Assembly: GCA_003558085.1 (NCBI GenBank) | Contig: PWMT01000022.1 | Coordinates: 1-11,448, forward strand | Reading direction: 5' to 3' | Source: Methanobacteriaceae archaeon | Lineage (GTDB): Archaea; Methanobacteriota; Methanobacteria; Methanobacteriales; Methanobacteriaceae | Length of the DNA: 11,448 bases | Part shown: piece after piece, positions 1-8,407 of the stretch | Numbering within the stretch: position 1 is the first letter of the stretch | Layout of the letters: each line of letters starts with the position of its first letter | Notes under the pieces: generated by a model | The model's database searches: none | The model's input: the letters and a program-made list of their open reading frames with translations, nothing else | What the model was told of the DNA's origin: nothing | Translations under genes and position numbers: made by a program

Positions 1-2
1 AA

Positions 3-422
3 GTTATAAAAAATGGTGCTGAAGAAGTGGATATGGTGATGAATGTTGGTGCTCTTAAATCAAAAAGAGAGGATAAATTGCTGGAAGATATTAAGTCGGT
101 CGTAGAGTCTGCTTCCCCTCAGATAGTTAAAGTAATATTAGAAACCGCCTACCTAAGTGATGATGAAAAAATAAGAGCCTGCATTATAAGTGAAAAAGCT
201 GGAGCAGATTATGTTAAAACCTCGACAGCATATGGGGGTTTATCTGGGGCAACTATAGATGATGTAAAATTAATGAGGAATAATATTAGTCCTACAATGA
301 AAGTTAAAGCAGCTGGCGGTATAAGAGATCTTGAAACAGCCCAGGCTATGATCGATGCCGGTGCAGATAAACTAGGTACTTCTACCGGAGTTCAAATATT
401 AAAAGAAATGGAAGAACTCTAA
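3..422 (+). CDS. deoC: Deoxyribose-phosphate aldolase (5'-truncated by window edge)
   Basis: The frame is open from position 3 ([14 protein letters not shown]). It carries DERA motifs EVDMVMN, KVILET, DYVKTST (Schiff-base Lys), VKAAGGIR and LGTS. The GTG at 27 is an internal Val, not the start. Confidence 0.93.
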   Translation, partial: VIKNGAEEVDMVMNVGALKSKREDKLLEDIKSVVESASPQIVKVILETAYLSDDEKIRACIISEKAGADYVKTSTAYGGLSGATIDDVKLMRNNISPTMKVKAAGGIRDLETAQAMIDAGADKLGTSTGVQILKEMEEL

Positions 423-423
423 A

Positions 424-432
424 TTTTTTTTT
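424..432 (+). terminator. Oligo-T tract, candidate archaeal terminator after deoC
   Basis: A T9 run lies immediately after the TAA stop. The next gene has its own RBS. Confidence 0.35.
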
Positions 433-464
433 ATTCTAGATTAAGATTATTTTAAGGTGAAATA

Positions 465-815
465 ATGGTTATAGAAATTGAAGTAGAAGGCAAGGGAAAA
501 GCAAAGGTAGAATTAGATGATAGAAACCCAGAAACTGCTAAAAAAGTATATGATAATCTCCCTCTGGAAGGAAGAGCACTGCTTTGGTTAGAAGAAATAT
601 ATTTTGATATACCATTAACCCTGGATTATGAAAATCCATCTGCTAAAGCAGAAAATGGTGATATATCTTACTGGCCGCCAGGTTTTGCTTTTTGTATATT
701 TTTTGGAAACACACAACCTTATTCTGAAGTTAATCATATCGGTAAAGTAATTGAAAACCTAGAATTATTCTGGGAAGTAGTGGAAGGAGATAGAATTATC
801 ATCAAACCTGGTTAA
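465..815 (+). CDS. Cyclophilin-like fold protein (DUF369/TM1367-like), function unknown
   Basis: 116 aa with RBS AGGTGA at 455-460. Motifs NPETAKKVYDNLP, WLEEIYFDIP, GDISYWPPGFAFCIFFG and VNHIGKV are typical of this family. Confidence 0.8.
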   Translation: MVIEIEVEGKGKAKVELDDRNPETAKKVYDNLPLEGRALLWLEEIYFDIPLTLDYENPSAKAENGDISYWPPGFAFCIFFGNTQPYSEVNHIGKVIENLELFWEVVEGDRIIIKPG

Positions 816-872
816 TAAACATGATATAGACTCTAATCAAAAATAAAAAAATAACTATTTTTTAATATTCTA

Positions 873-1988
873 TTAAATAGGATTAACATGGCGATATAGG
901 GTGTCTCTTTCTGCAGGTACTCTATCCAAATCTCTAATTATTCTGATTAATTCATCAGCTTCAATTCTCTCACCATAAGATGCACCAGCCGATTTAGAAA
1001 TATTTTCTTCACCTAAAGTGCCACCCATATCATTAGCACCAGTCATTAAACAGGCCTGAGAGAATTTTAACCCTAATTTAACCCAGGAAACTTGAATATT
1101 TTTTAGATAATGATGAAGCATCAATCTAGCCACTGCATACAATTTCAAATCCTGAGTTCCCGTAGTCCCTGGCAGCGCCATACCCTGCTGATAGATAGGC
1201 GCCTTATGATGCATAAAAGTCAAAGGAACAAATTCAGTAAAACCTCCGGTTCGTTTTTGAATAGACCTTAAAATTTCCAAATGTTCTATCCAGTGGCCCT
1301 TATTTTCGATATGGCCGTACATCATGGTAGCCGTGGTTGGTATTTTTAGCTGATGCGCAGTTTCAATAACTTCTCTCCATTCTTGAGTATTTAATTTTTC
1401 TGGACAGATTATATTTCTTACTTCATCATTAAGTATTTCTGCAGCTGTTCCAGGCATAGAATCTAATCCTGCTTCTTTAAGGATTTTAAGGGTCTCTTCA
1501 ATGCTTAAATATGATTTATGAGAGGCATGATAAATTTCCATTGGAGAAAAGGCATGAATATGGACCCCCTCCACCTTATCCTTCACTTCTTTAAGAATAC
1601 TTTCATAAAAATAAACATCTATATCCGGATGTAATCCTCCCTGAATACAAATTTCAGTTGCTCCAGATTTAGCTGCCTTTTGAGCTCTTTGTATAATATC
1701 AGGTACTTTTAAAAAATAAGCTTGAGAGTTATTTGCATCAGTTCTAAATGCACAAAAACCACAATTTCCAGTACAAATATTGGTAAAATTAATATTCCAA
1801 TTTTTAATAAAAGTCACATTATTTCCGACTAATTCTTGCCTTAAAAAGTCTGCTGTCATTAACAAAGCATGATAATCATTTCCTGTGACATTTAAAAGAT
1901 ATAATGCATCTTCAGGAGAAATAGGATCCTTACATGCAAGTTCTAAAATTTGCTCAGTGAGTGGTTCAATATTAAACTTGCCCAACAT
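873..1988 (-). CDS. cofH: FO synthase subunit CofH (radical SAM, coenzyme F420 biosynthesis)
   Basis: Radical SAM motif [15 protein letters not shown], plus [56 protein letters not shown] and [15 protein letters not shown]. The methanogen context favours CofH over MqnC/MqnE. Confidence 0.9.
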   Translation of the reverse strand: MLGKFNIEPLTEQILELACKDPISPEDALYLLNVTGNDYHALLMTADFLRQELVGNNVTFIKNWNINFTNICTGNCGFCAFRTDANNSQAYFLKVPDIIQRAQKAAKSGATEICIQGGLHPDIDVYFYESILKEVKDKVEGVHIHAFSPMEIYHASHKSYLSIEETLKILKEAGLDSMPGTAAEILNDEVRNIICPEKLNTQEWREVIETAHQLKIPTTATMMYGHIENKGHWIEHLEILRSIQKRTGGFTEFVPLTFMHHKAPIYQQGMALPGTTGTQDLKLYAVARLMLHHYLKNIQVSWVKLGLKFSQACLMTGANDMGGTLGEENISKSAGASYGERIEADELIRIIRDLDRVPAERDTLYRHVNPI

Positions 1989-2090
1989 GGGAATTGATAT
2001 CTGGTTCTATATCTTTAAAAGTTTTGGTTTATTGAAGGCAACTATCACCAATGGATAAAGTTGATAAGTATGCTTCCAGACTCAATAATT

Positions 2091-2137
2091 ACCGATAAAT
2101 TTAAATATAATAGAGTTCTAGGTAAATCTGGAGGTGA
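2091..2137 (+). promoter_or_regulatory. Histone gene promoter (BRE + TATA) and RBS
   Basis: Purine-rich ACCGATAAA (2091-2099) is followed by TTTAAATA (2100-2107). GGAGGTGA at 2130-2137 lies 4 nt before the ATG at 2142. Confidence 0.75.
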
Positions 2138-2141
2138 AATT

Positions 2142-2345
2142 ATGGCCGAATTACCTATTGCACCAGTAGGCAGAATCATAAAAAATGCCGGTGCACAAAG
2201 AATTAGTGACGATGCAAAGGAGGCTTTAGCCAAAGCTTTGGAAGATAAAGGTGAGGATATTTCCCGAAAAGCTGTACAACTTGCAAAGCACGCTGGAAGA
2301 AAAACTGTTAAGGCTAGCGACGTTGAAATGGCCGCTAAACAATAA
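2142..2345 (+). CDS. Archaeal histone, HMfA/HMtA type (67 aa)
   Basis: [34 protein letters not shown]...[14 protein letters not shown] is the canonical archaeal histone fold. The RBS places the start at 2142, not 2061. Confidence 0.97.
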   Translation: MAELPIAPVGRIIKNAGAQRISDDAKEALAKALEDKGEDISRKAVQLAKHAGRKTVKASDVEMAAKQ

Positions 2346-2397
2346 TTTTTAGCTCCATTTTATTTTTTTTAAGCCCATTCTTTTTATTTTTTTCTTT
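2346..2397 (+). terminator. Multiple oligo-T tracts, likely histone transcript terminator
   Basis: Several T4-T8 runs follow directly after the stop codon. Confidence 0.55.
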
Positions 2398-2572
2398 AAC
2401 AGCTTTTCAGTCCTCTTAAATTGAAACTTTTTTGCTATACTTTTTTAATATTTACTCCGCAAACAAAAACCTATCTTCTTTACCCGTGTTAGAAAAAATA
2501 TATGTTAAAAATATAAGTGGACACTAAATATTCTATAAATCCTTAAATTAAAATATTAGAAATATTAAATAA

Positions 2573-2616
2573 TTATATAGTTTTAGTGTTTAAAGTAGTT
2601 AGATAAAAAGGAGAGG
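2573..2616 (+). promoter_or_regulatory. Candidate TATA box and RBS of rubrerythrin
   Basis: TTATATA at 2573-2579. AGGAGAGG ends at 2616, ahead of the ATG at 2622. Confidence 0.5.
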
Positions 2617-2621
2617 TTAAT

Positions 2622-3113
2622 ATGAGCACAATGAATAATTTAAAAGAAGCATTTGCTGGAGAATCACAGGCAAACCGAAAATATTTAGCATTTGCTGAAA
2701 AAGCTGATGCAGAAGGTTTTTTCCAGGTTGCAAGATTGTTTAGAGCTGCAGCATATGCCGAAACTGTGCATGCCCATAATCACTTGAAAGTAATGAAAGG
2801 AATTAATAGCACTGAAGAGAACCTTAAAGAAGCAATAGCCGGTGAAGTGGAAGAATTTAAGGAAATGTATCCTGCGTTTATAAAAGAAGCTAAAGAAGAA
2901 AAAGACGATGCTGCCCGCTGGACATTTGATGTCGCCAATAAAGTAGAAAAAATCCACGCTCAACTCTATGAAAATGCCCTGGAAAATATAGGTCAAAATA
3001 TAGAAACCATATACTATGTGTGTAGATTATGTGGGAACACAGTAGAAAAAGAAGCCCCAGATATATGTGCAATATGTGGTGCACCTAAAACCGAGTTTAT
3101 GAAAATAGATTAA
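2622..3113 (+). CDS. rbr: Rubrerythrin (di-iron four-helix bundle plus C-terminal rubredoxin-like domain)
   Basis: NLKEAFAGESQANRKY, AETVHA, AIAGEVEE...MYP and VEKIHA supply the di-iron ligands. The C-terminus has CRLCG...CAICG. Confidence 0.93.
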   Translation: MSTMNNLKEAFAGESQANRKYLAFAEKADAEGFFQVARLFRAAAYAETVHAHNHLKVMKGINSTEENLKEAIAGEVEEFKEMYPAFIKEAKEEKDDAARWTFDVANKVEKIHAQLYENALENIGQNIETIYYVCRLCGNTVEKEAPDICAICGAPKTEFMKID

Positions 3114-3216
3114 AAAAACTATACCTCAAAACAAGCAAAACCAAGATTATGAAAATAGATTAAAAAAACTATACCTCAAAACAAGCAAAACCAAGATTAT
3201 GAAAATAGATTAAAAA
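3087..3216. repeat. 50-bp tandem repeat, about 2.6 copies, overlapping the rubrerythrin 3' end
   Basis: TTATGAAAATAGATTAAAAAAACTATACCTCAAAACAAGCAAAACCAAGA is identical at 3097-3146 and 3147-3196, with a partial copy at 3197-3216. 3087-3096 matches the unit end at 8/10. Confidence 0.95.
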
Positions 3217-3252
3217 TCTTATTATTTTATTTTTAACATAATAGTAAATGAG

Positions 3253-3268
3253 GTAAAAGGTTATATAG
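3253..3268 (+). promoter_or_regulatory. tRNA operon promoter (BRE + TATA)
   Basis: GTAAAAGG followed by TTATATA (3261-3267), ending 33 nt upstream of the mature tRNA-Val 5' end. Confidence 0.7.
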
Positions 3269-3300
3269 GAATAGATCTATATTCAAGGTATACTCACTCC

Positions 3301-3372
<72 letters not shown>

Positions 3373-3375
3373 TTA

Positions 3376-3452
<77 letters not shown>

Positions 3453-3463
3453 AAAACATCATC

Positions 3464-3482
3464 AATTTTTTTAAAAAAAATT
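3464..3482. terminator. Candidate bidirectional T7/A8 terminator between the tRNA operon and the convergent methylthiotransferase gene
   Basis: AA-T7-A8-TT is near-palindromic and gives a T tract on both strands. Confidence 0.5.
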
Positions 3483-3595
3483 ATATAAACTTATTATTCT
3501 AAAATAATCATTTAAGTGAATAATTGTTTTATTGAAAAGCTTAAACGATCCCTTTTATCAACTATATGAATCCATTATTGAATAGCTAAATCATC

Positions 3596-4864
3596 CTAAA
3601 ATGCTTTTAAATAAGTACGGGTAGATCCTTTAATTTTTAACTCCATAAAATCTCCGATTTTTGCTTCTTTAACCACAACTGGCATGTAAGAATTAGTCCT
3701 ACCCACAAAACCGCCTTTTTTACCTTTCTCGACGATTAATACTTCCTGCTTGCTATCCACATATTTTAGATTATCCTGATAAGTGAGATCCGATTTTATT
3801 TTTTCAATTATTTTAGATCTTCGTTTAACCTCATTAAAATTTAACTCCTTTAATTGGGATGATTGCGCTAGATGGCGATGTTTATATTTAGATAAGTGTA
3901 TAAAATTAGGTTTAATCTCCTTTAAAAAATCACAGGTATCCTGAAAAGCTTTTTCATCTTCAGTAGGATAGCCCACGATAATATCTGTGGCCAGAGAAAG
4001 ATCGGGTATCTCCTTTTTAAACCGATAGATCATATCTTTATATTCTTCTAGGGTATGTTCCCGCTGCATATCTTCTAGAACTTGATTATTTCCACTTTGA
4101 ATAGGAATATGAACAAAACTATAAACTTTTTCTGATTTAAAAGCCTCTATTAAACCTTCCAAGTCATCCATCATACTTTTTGGATGCATCATCCCTATTC
4201 TTAAACGGAAATTGCCAGGAAGAGCACTTAACTCTTTTATCAAATCTGATAATTTTTCACCTGTATCTTTACCATAAGCTGCTGTATCTTGAGCTGTTAT
4301 TTGGAGTTCAACACATCCTTCACTAAGTGCCTGACGAGCTTCATCAACAATTAAGGAGGAAGGATAACTTTGCAGTTTTCCCCGGGCAAAGCGAGTACAG
4401 CAGTAACTGCACTCTCCAACACAACCCTCACATATTTGTATAATATGAATAAAAGGATTGGATCGAATTTTCGGGAGTCCCACCTTACATTCACTAGAAA
4501 AACCAGTTATTTGAGTATTGTTTCCTTCTAAAACTGATTTTACTATCTGAAAAGTTTTATTTATTTGATGGGGTCCCATCCAACCTGCTTCAGGAGCAAT
4601 ACTAGACAATTTATCTGGTTCTATTTCTACCATGCATCCCCCTACAATCAATTTTTTTTGAGGGTGTTGCTCTTGAATTTTTTGAATACGATTTATAACC
4701 TTGTGCTCAGTGGGATGTTTTACATAGCAAGTGTTAATAATAATTACCTCTGCATCTTCTAACTTGGAAACTAAAATGGCATTATTTTCTGATAGTATGC
4801 CTGCCATGATCTGTGAGTCTGCCTGGTTAAAGGTACATCCAAAGGTTTCAATATAAACTTTCAT
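3596..4864 (-). CDS. mtaB: tRNA t6A37 methylthiotransferase, archaeal MtaB/CDKAL1-like (UPF0004 + radical SAM + TRAM)
   Basis: N-terminal ETFGCTFN, INTC and GGC Cys ligands, the CVGECSYC motif, HIPIQSG, TDIIVGYPTE and a C-terminal TRAM-like GRTNSY. RBS GAGGA upstream. Confidence 0.87.
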   Translation of the reverse strand: MKVYIETFGCTFNQADSQIMAGILSENNAILVSKLEDAEVIIINTCYVKHPTEHKVINRIQKIQEQHPQKKLIVGGCMVEIEPDKLSSIAPEAGWMGPHQINKTFQIVKSVLEGNNTQITGFSSECKVGLPKIRSNPFIHIIQICEGCVGECSYCCTRFARGKLQSYPSSLIVDEARQALSEGCVELQITAQDTAAYGKDTGEKLSDLIKELSALPGNFRLRIGMMHPKSMMDDLEGLIEAFKSEKVYSFVHIPIQSGNNQVLEDMQREHTLEEYKDMIYRFKKEIPDLSLATDIIVGYPTEDEKAFQDTCDFLKEIKPNFIHLSKYKHRHLAQSSQLKELNFNEVKRRSKIIEKIKSDLTYQDNLKYVDSKQEVLIVEKGKKGGFVGRTNSYMPVVVKEAKIGDFMELKIKGSTRTYLKAF

Positions 4865-4997
4865 TTTATCCTCGACTTGTTCAATTAAATAGTGGGTATT
4901 CGTAAATATTTAAAAATGATAATAAGGAAGACTAAAAATTTTAAGAATAATTATAATTAAGAATAATTTTTCTAATAACATTCCATATAAACAATAA

Positions 4998-5138
4998 AGT
5001 CAAATATTTATAACCTAAACCAACCTAGTCAAATAATTTATAATATACAGCAATAAAACTCAAATAATTTATAATATAAACCAAAGTACTCAATTAATTA
5101 AACTATAAAAGAATTAAACTCAATGATTTATAATATAA
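4998..5138. repeat. Five-copy degenerate ~30-bp tandem repeat array
   Basis: Units start at 4998, 5027, 5058, 5088 and 5118 with core A(G/C)TCAAAT(A)ATTTATAATATA followed by a variable A-rich 8-10 nt segment. Confidence 0.8.
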
Positions 5139-5211
5139 CTCTATTTTCTTGTATAATAGGTATAAAAGCTAAATTTTATCTTAAATTTAAGGAGTACCAA
5201 GTTAAATTAGC

Positions 5212-5871
5212 TCACCATCCATGTTCACCTATAAGTGGAACGAAAGCTACTCCACCTAAACTTTTAGATTTAAATTGATCTTCATCAATTTTTTCAATCA
5301 TGATTAGTTCCTGATTATAATTAGTGGTACCCACCGGTATTATTAATTTCCCCTCAATTTCTAATTGTTCCTTAAGAGTTTCAGGAATTTTAGGTGCTCC
5401 TGCAGTAACATATATTCGTGCAAAAGGGGTCTCAGAGGGTAAACCCAAGGTACCGTCGCCTATGATTACGGTGACATTTTTATCATAACCTGTGCGCTTT
5501 AAATTATCTATAGCTATTTCAGCTAAAGAATCTATTCTATCAATACTAAATACGTGTCCATCTTCCCCAACAATCTCGGCAATTACAGCTGCATTATATC
5601 CAAATCCAGTTCCTATTTCTAGAATTTTCATTCCTTTCTGCAAATCTAATTTTTCAGCTATGATAGCCACCATATGAGGGGCAGATATGGTTTGACCCTC
5701 ACCAATAGGTAATGGATGGTCAAAGTAAGCCTGTGATTTAACTTCTTCCGGGAGGAATTCTTCTCTTGGCACCGCTTTCATGGCCTTTTCAACCAGATCT
5801 GATTTTATGACCCCATAATTTTTTAAACTATCTACGAGTTTTTCTCTCTGTAAGTACATATCGTCTTCCAT
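5212..5871 (-). CDS. pcm: Protein-L-isoaspartate O-methyltransferase
   Basis: VPREEFLP, AYFDHPLPIGEGQTISAPHMVA, SAM-binding LEIGTGFGYNAA, GDGTLG, IYVTAGA and FVPLIGEHGW. Confidence 0.95.
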   Translation of the reverse strand: MEDDMYLQREKLVDSLKNYGVIKSDLVEKAMKAVPREEFLPEEVKSQAYFDHPLPIGEGQTISAPHMVAIIAEKLDLQKGMKILEIGTGFGYNAAVIAEIVGEDGHVFSIDRIDSLAEIAIDNLKRTGYDKNVTVIIGDGTLGLPSETPFARIYVTAGAPKIPETLKEQLEIEGKLIIPVGTTNYNQELIMIEKIDEDQFKSKSLGGVAFVPLIGEHGW

Positions 5872-5979
5872 GTAATCACATCATGAAATGGTACTGTGTA
5901 TATAATACTTCTTAGCAACTTTTATTATTTATGTTGCGAAGGTCTAAATATCACACCTTTCACCTGAAAATTATTTATT

Positions 5980-6603
5980 TTAAGTAGACCCTGTTACTAT
6001 ATTTTTACTCAAATCATGATCAAATTTCATAGACTCGACTGGTCTTCCATAAATCCTCTTAATGATTTCTGCTGAGGCGGAACCTTTTCTCATTTTTCTC
6101 TCAAGAGTTTTAAAAGATTTTATTTGGAATATTAAATTATTTAGCTTGACCAAATCACCAATGGTGAACCGATAATCTCTTTCCACTTCTACTTTACGAG
6201 AAAAGATCTCACCTCTAAAATCAACTGAGATTCCAACACGGGCTGGAGTATCTAAAGAAGACACCCATATAGTCTCTATATCATCTACCACGCTTTTTTG
6301 GACTCTGCTACCTTTTTTTGTTTCCATAGAATTGATCTCAACTTTGATGTTACTTACTGGTATTACGTCACCTACTTTCAACAATAGGTCCGGGTATAAT
6401 TCCACCTGATCTGGAAAAGACTTTTCATGTTCACTAATGATTATTCTTTTTTTAACAGGTTTTCTCTCTCTTAATTCTTCTCTAAAAACCGTTTGACATT
6501 GATTACATTTGAGAATTAATTTCTCTATTTCTGCTGATTTAGAAAATTCTTTTTTAGATTTTAATATAGCATAAGATTCAGATCCACAAACAGGACATTT
6601 CAT
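5980..6603 (-). CDS. Uncharacterised archaeal Zn-ribbon protein (HVO_0476-like family)
   Basis: N-terminal CPVCG...CNQC followed by two similar beta-rich halves, 207 aa, GGGAG RBS upstream. Family assignment is from recall of this architecture. Confidence 0.75.
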   Translation of the reverse strand: MKCPVCGSESYAILKSKKEFSKSAEIEKLILKCNQCQTVFREELRERKPVKKRIIISEHEKSFPDQVELYPDLLLKVGDVIPVSNIKVEINSMETKKGSRVQKSVVDDIETIWVSSLDTPARVGISVDFRGEIFSRKVEVERDYRFTIGDLVKLNNLIFQIKSFKTLERKMRKGSASAEIIKRIYGRPVESMKFDHDLSKNIVTGST

Positions 6604-6680
6604 TTTTTTCTATGGCTCCCTAATACATTCCTATTTTTGAATATTTACATTATTTAATGAATATATTGATTACGGGTATT

Positions 6681-7178
6681 TTATTTGTTTAGGCTTTGCT
6701 TTTTAAGGAAATGGGGCACTAAACCACCATTTTGAAGTATTTCTAACATGAATTTTTTGAATGGTTGGATTTTGTAGATTTTATCTGTATTGAGATTAAT
6801 TATCTCGCCTTTGTTGAGATCCAATTGTATTCTATCTCCTTCCTCCACTTCAATATCTGCTACTATAACTGGCAGTCCAATATTAATCGCATTTCTAAAG
6901 AATATTCGGGCAAAGGATTTAGCAATGATAGCAGAAACCCCAGCATGTTTTAAAGCTAATGGGGCCTGTTCTCGTGAAGATCCGCATCCAAAGTTCCAAT
7001 CGGCAACTATTATATCTCCTTTTTCTACTTTTTGAGCAAAGTCCGCACTTACTCCTTCCATAACATGAGCTGCCAGGTCATCTAAATTAAATGTCCTTAA
7101 ATAGCGTCCCGGGATTATAACATCGGTGTCGATGTGATCACCGAATTTCCATACTTTTCCTTCAATTAAATTTAACAT
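6681..7178 (-). CDS. hacB: Methanogen homoaconitase small subunit (LeuD/HacB/AksE family, coenzyme B 2-oxosuberate pathway)
   Basis: GKVWKFGDHIDTDVIIPGRYLRT, NFGCGSSREQA and SFARIFFRNAINIGLP. The YLRT loop is the homoaconitase-type signature, versus YLVY in methanogen isopropylmalate isomerase. Start is 7178 (GGGGA upstream) or 7190. Confidence 0.82.
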   Translation of the reverse strand: MLNLIEGKVWKFGDHIDTDVIIPGRYLRTFNLDDLAAHVMEGVSADFAQKVEKGDIIVADWNFGCGSSREQAPLALKHAGVSAIIAKSFARIFFRNAINIGLPVIVADIEVEEGDRIQLDLNKGEIINLNTDKIYKIQPFKKFMLEILQNGGLVPHFLKKQSLNK

Positions 7179-7396
7179 AAAATTCCCCATAAGTTCTTTA
7201 AAATCAAAATAATACTTATTGATCAGATATTTATATTATTGCAGTATCTGTGATAATGGACATAAATATTTTTAAACCTGAAAATGTGGTTTCTATTAGA
7301 TAGTAGTGTGGTGTTAGTTTTGCCTAGATATTCTATATTGTTAACTAATTAAAAAATTTAATGTGTTTTATTTAATTGAGGTGTTACTGGCAGTAA

Positions 7397-8398
7397 TTAT
7401 ATTAGCTGTGCACCCCTATTTTGTGCTTGGGTAGTTAACAGATAACAAGGAGTATCCCCTACTGTCTCTTGGATGGCTTTAATAATATTTTTAGAATTAG
7501 TATCAGTTATAGCGTAAGTAGTAGGGCCGAAAGAACTCATACCCGCCCCAGCAGCACCCGCATCTTTCATAGTTTCAATAATTTTAGTTATAAGTTCATT
7601 TTGCAAGTTCATTTCAACTTTCTTAAAACCAATATTTTGTATTTCATTGATTGATTTACCTAAATTGTCCAGATCATGTTCTAAAATAGCAGGAATCATT
7701 TTCATTAAGATAAGATGTGAAACAGTTTCTACTTCTCTTAGGGGTAGATGACAGTATTTTTGAAAAATATTGACTTCTTTCTTACCAGATACTTTCTCTT
7801 GGATCTCGGGTATGGCTAATATTATTTTCCAATGGTCAGGAAAGTCATGTCTGGAGATTATAGGTGGGGGAGGTGCTTGGGATGCCGAAGAAGGAAGAAA
7901 TTCTGGTTTATCTTCAATTTTATGTCCTCCATCGACGATAAAACCTCCTTGCATAAAAGCAGCCACTCCAATACCGGAAGTGCCACCTCTGCCTACCAGT
8001 TGACCCATAGCTTTACTTTCTAGATTTAAATGATGAAATTCCATTAATAATTTAGCTGTAGCCAAAGATATTTGTGTACCAGACCCTAAACCTGAATGGG
8101 GAGGAAATGTTTTCTGCACCAGGAATTCAAACCCCGGATCTAGATTAAAATATTGCAGAATATTGGTGGCTGAAGTCTTAATCTTGTGAGAATATTCCTT
8201 CTTTAAATTTGAATCCAGACCCTTGTCCTCATTAAAGGTTACCTTTATAGCCTGATCTATTTTCCTCAATTTAATAATTAAAGCCGGTTCTTTAAGAGTG
8301 AGTCCCACTCCACCATCCAGTCTTCCCCGGGATCCATTAAGATCAATCAAAGTAAAATGTAACCTGGAGGGAGTTTTAATCATCAATTGAATTACCAT
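7397..8398 (-). CDS. mptG: beta-Ribofuranosylaminobenzene 5'-phosphate (RFAP) synthase, methanopterin biosynthesis, GHMP-kinase fold
   Basis: TPSRLHFTLIDLNG...GRLDGGVG, HSGLGSGTQ, GRGGTSGIG, GGFIVDGGH, FLPSSAS and GMSSFGPT. The true start may be 8386 (TTG) or 8383 (ATG). Confidence 0.9.
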   Translation of the reverse strand: MVIQLMIKTPSRLHFTLIDLNGSRGRLDGGVGLTLKEPALIIKLRKIDQAIKVTFNEDKGLDSNLKKEYSHKIKTSATNILQYFNLDPGFEFLVQKTFPPHSGLGSGTQISLATAKLLMEFHHLNLESKAMGQLVGRGGTSGIGVAAFMQGGFIVDGGHKIEDKPEFLPSSASQAPPPPIISRHDFPDHWKIILAIPEIQEKVSGKKEVNIFQKYCHLPLREVETVSHLILMKMIPAILEHDLDNLGKSINEIQNIGFKKVEMNLQNELITKIIETMKDAGAAGAGMSSFGPTTYAITDTNSKNIIKAIQETVGDTPCYLLTTQAQNRGAQLI

Positions 8399-8407
8399 AG
8401 TAAAGTT

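Noticed and set aside
209..240. DeoC KTSTAY instead of the common KTSTGF
   Set aside because: The catalytic Lys and other motifs are intact, and a small substitution does not support altered function.
2061..2141. N-terminal tail on the histone (94-aa ORF)
   Set aside because: The extension spans the BRE/TATA and RBS of the gene and begins at TTG without an RBS. The canonical MAELP start is at 2142.
3087..3216. CRISPR array (30-bp repeats with spacers)
   Set aside because: Both spacers are identical and only 20 bp, the repeat derives from the rbr coding end, and there are no cas genes or leader.
4941..4968. 12-bp direct repeat TTAAGAATAATT twice
   Set aside because: It is low-complexity, almost pure A/T, and could arise by chance or simple slippage.
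4998..5138. Degenerate CRISPR array or replication-origin ORB repeats
   Set aside because: The variable parts are only ~8-10 nt and resemble each other. I recognise no ORB-like motif and there is no cdc6/orc1 or cas gene in the window.
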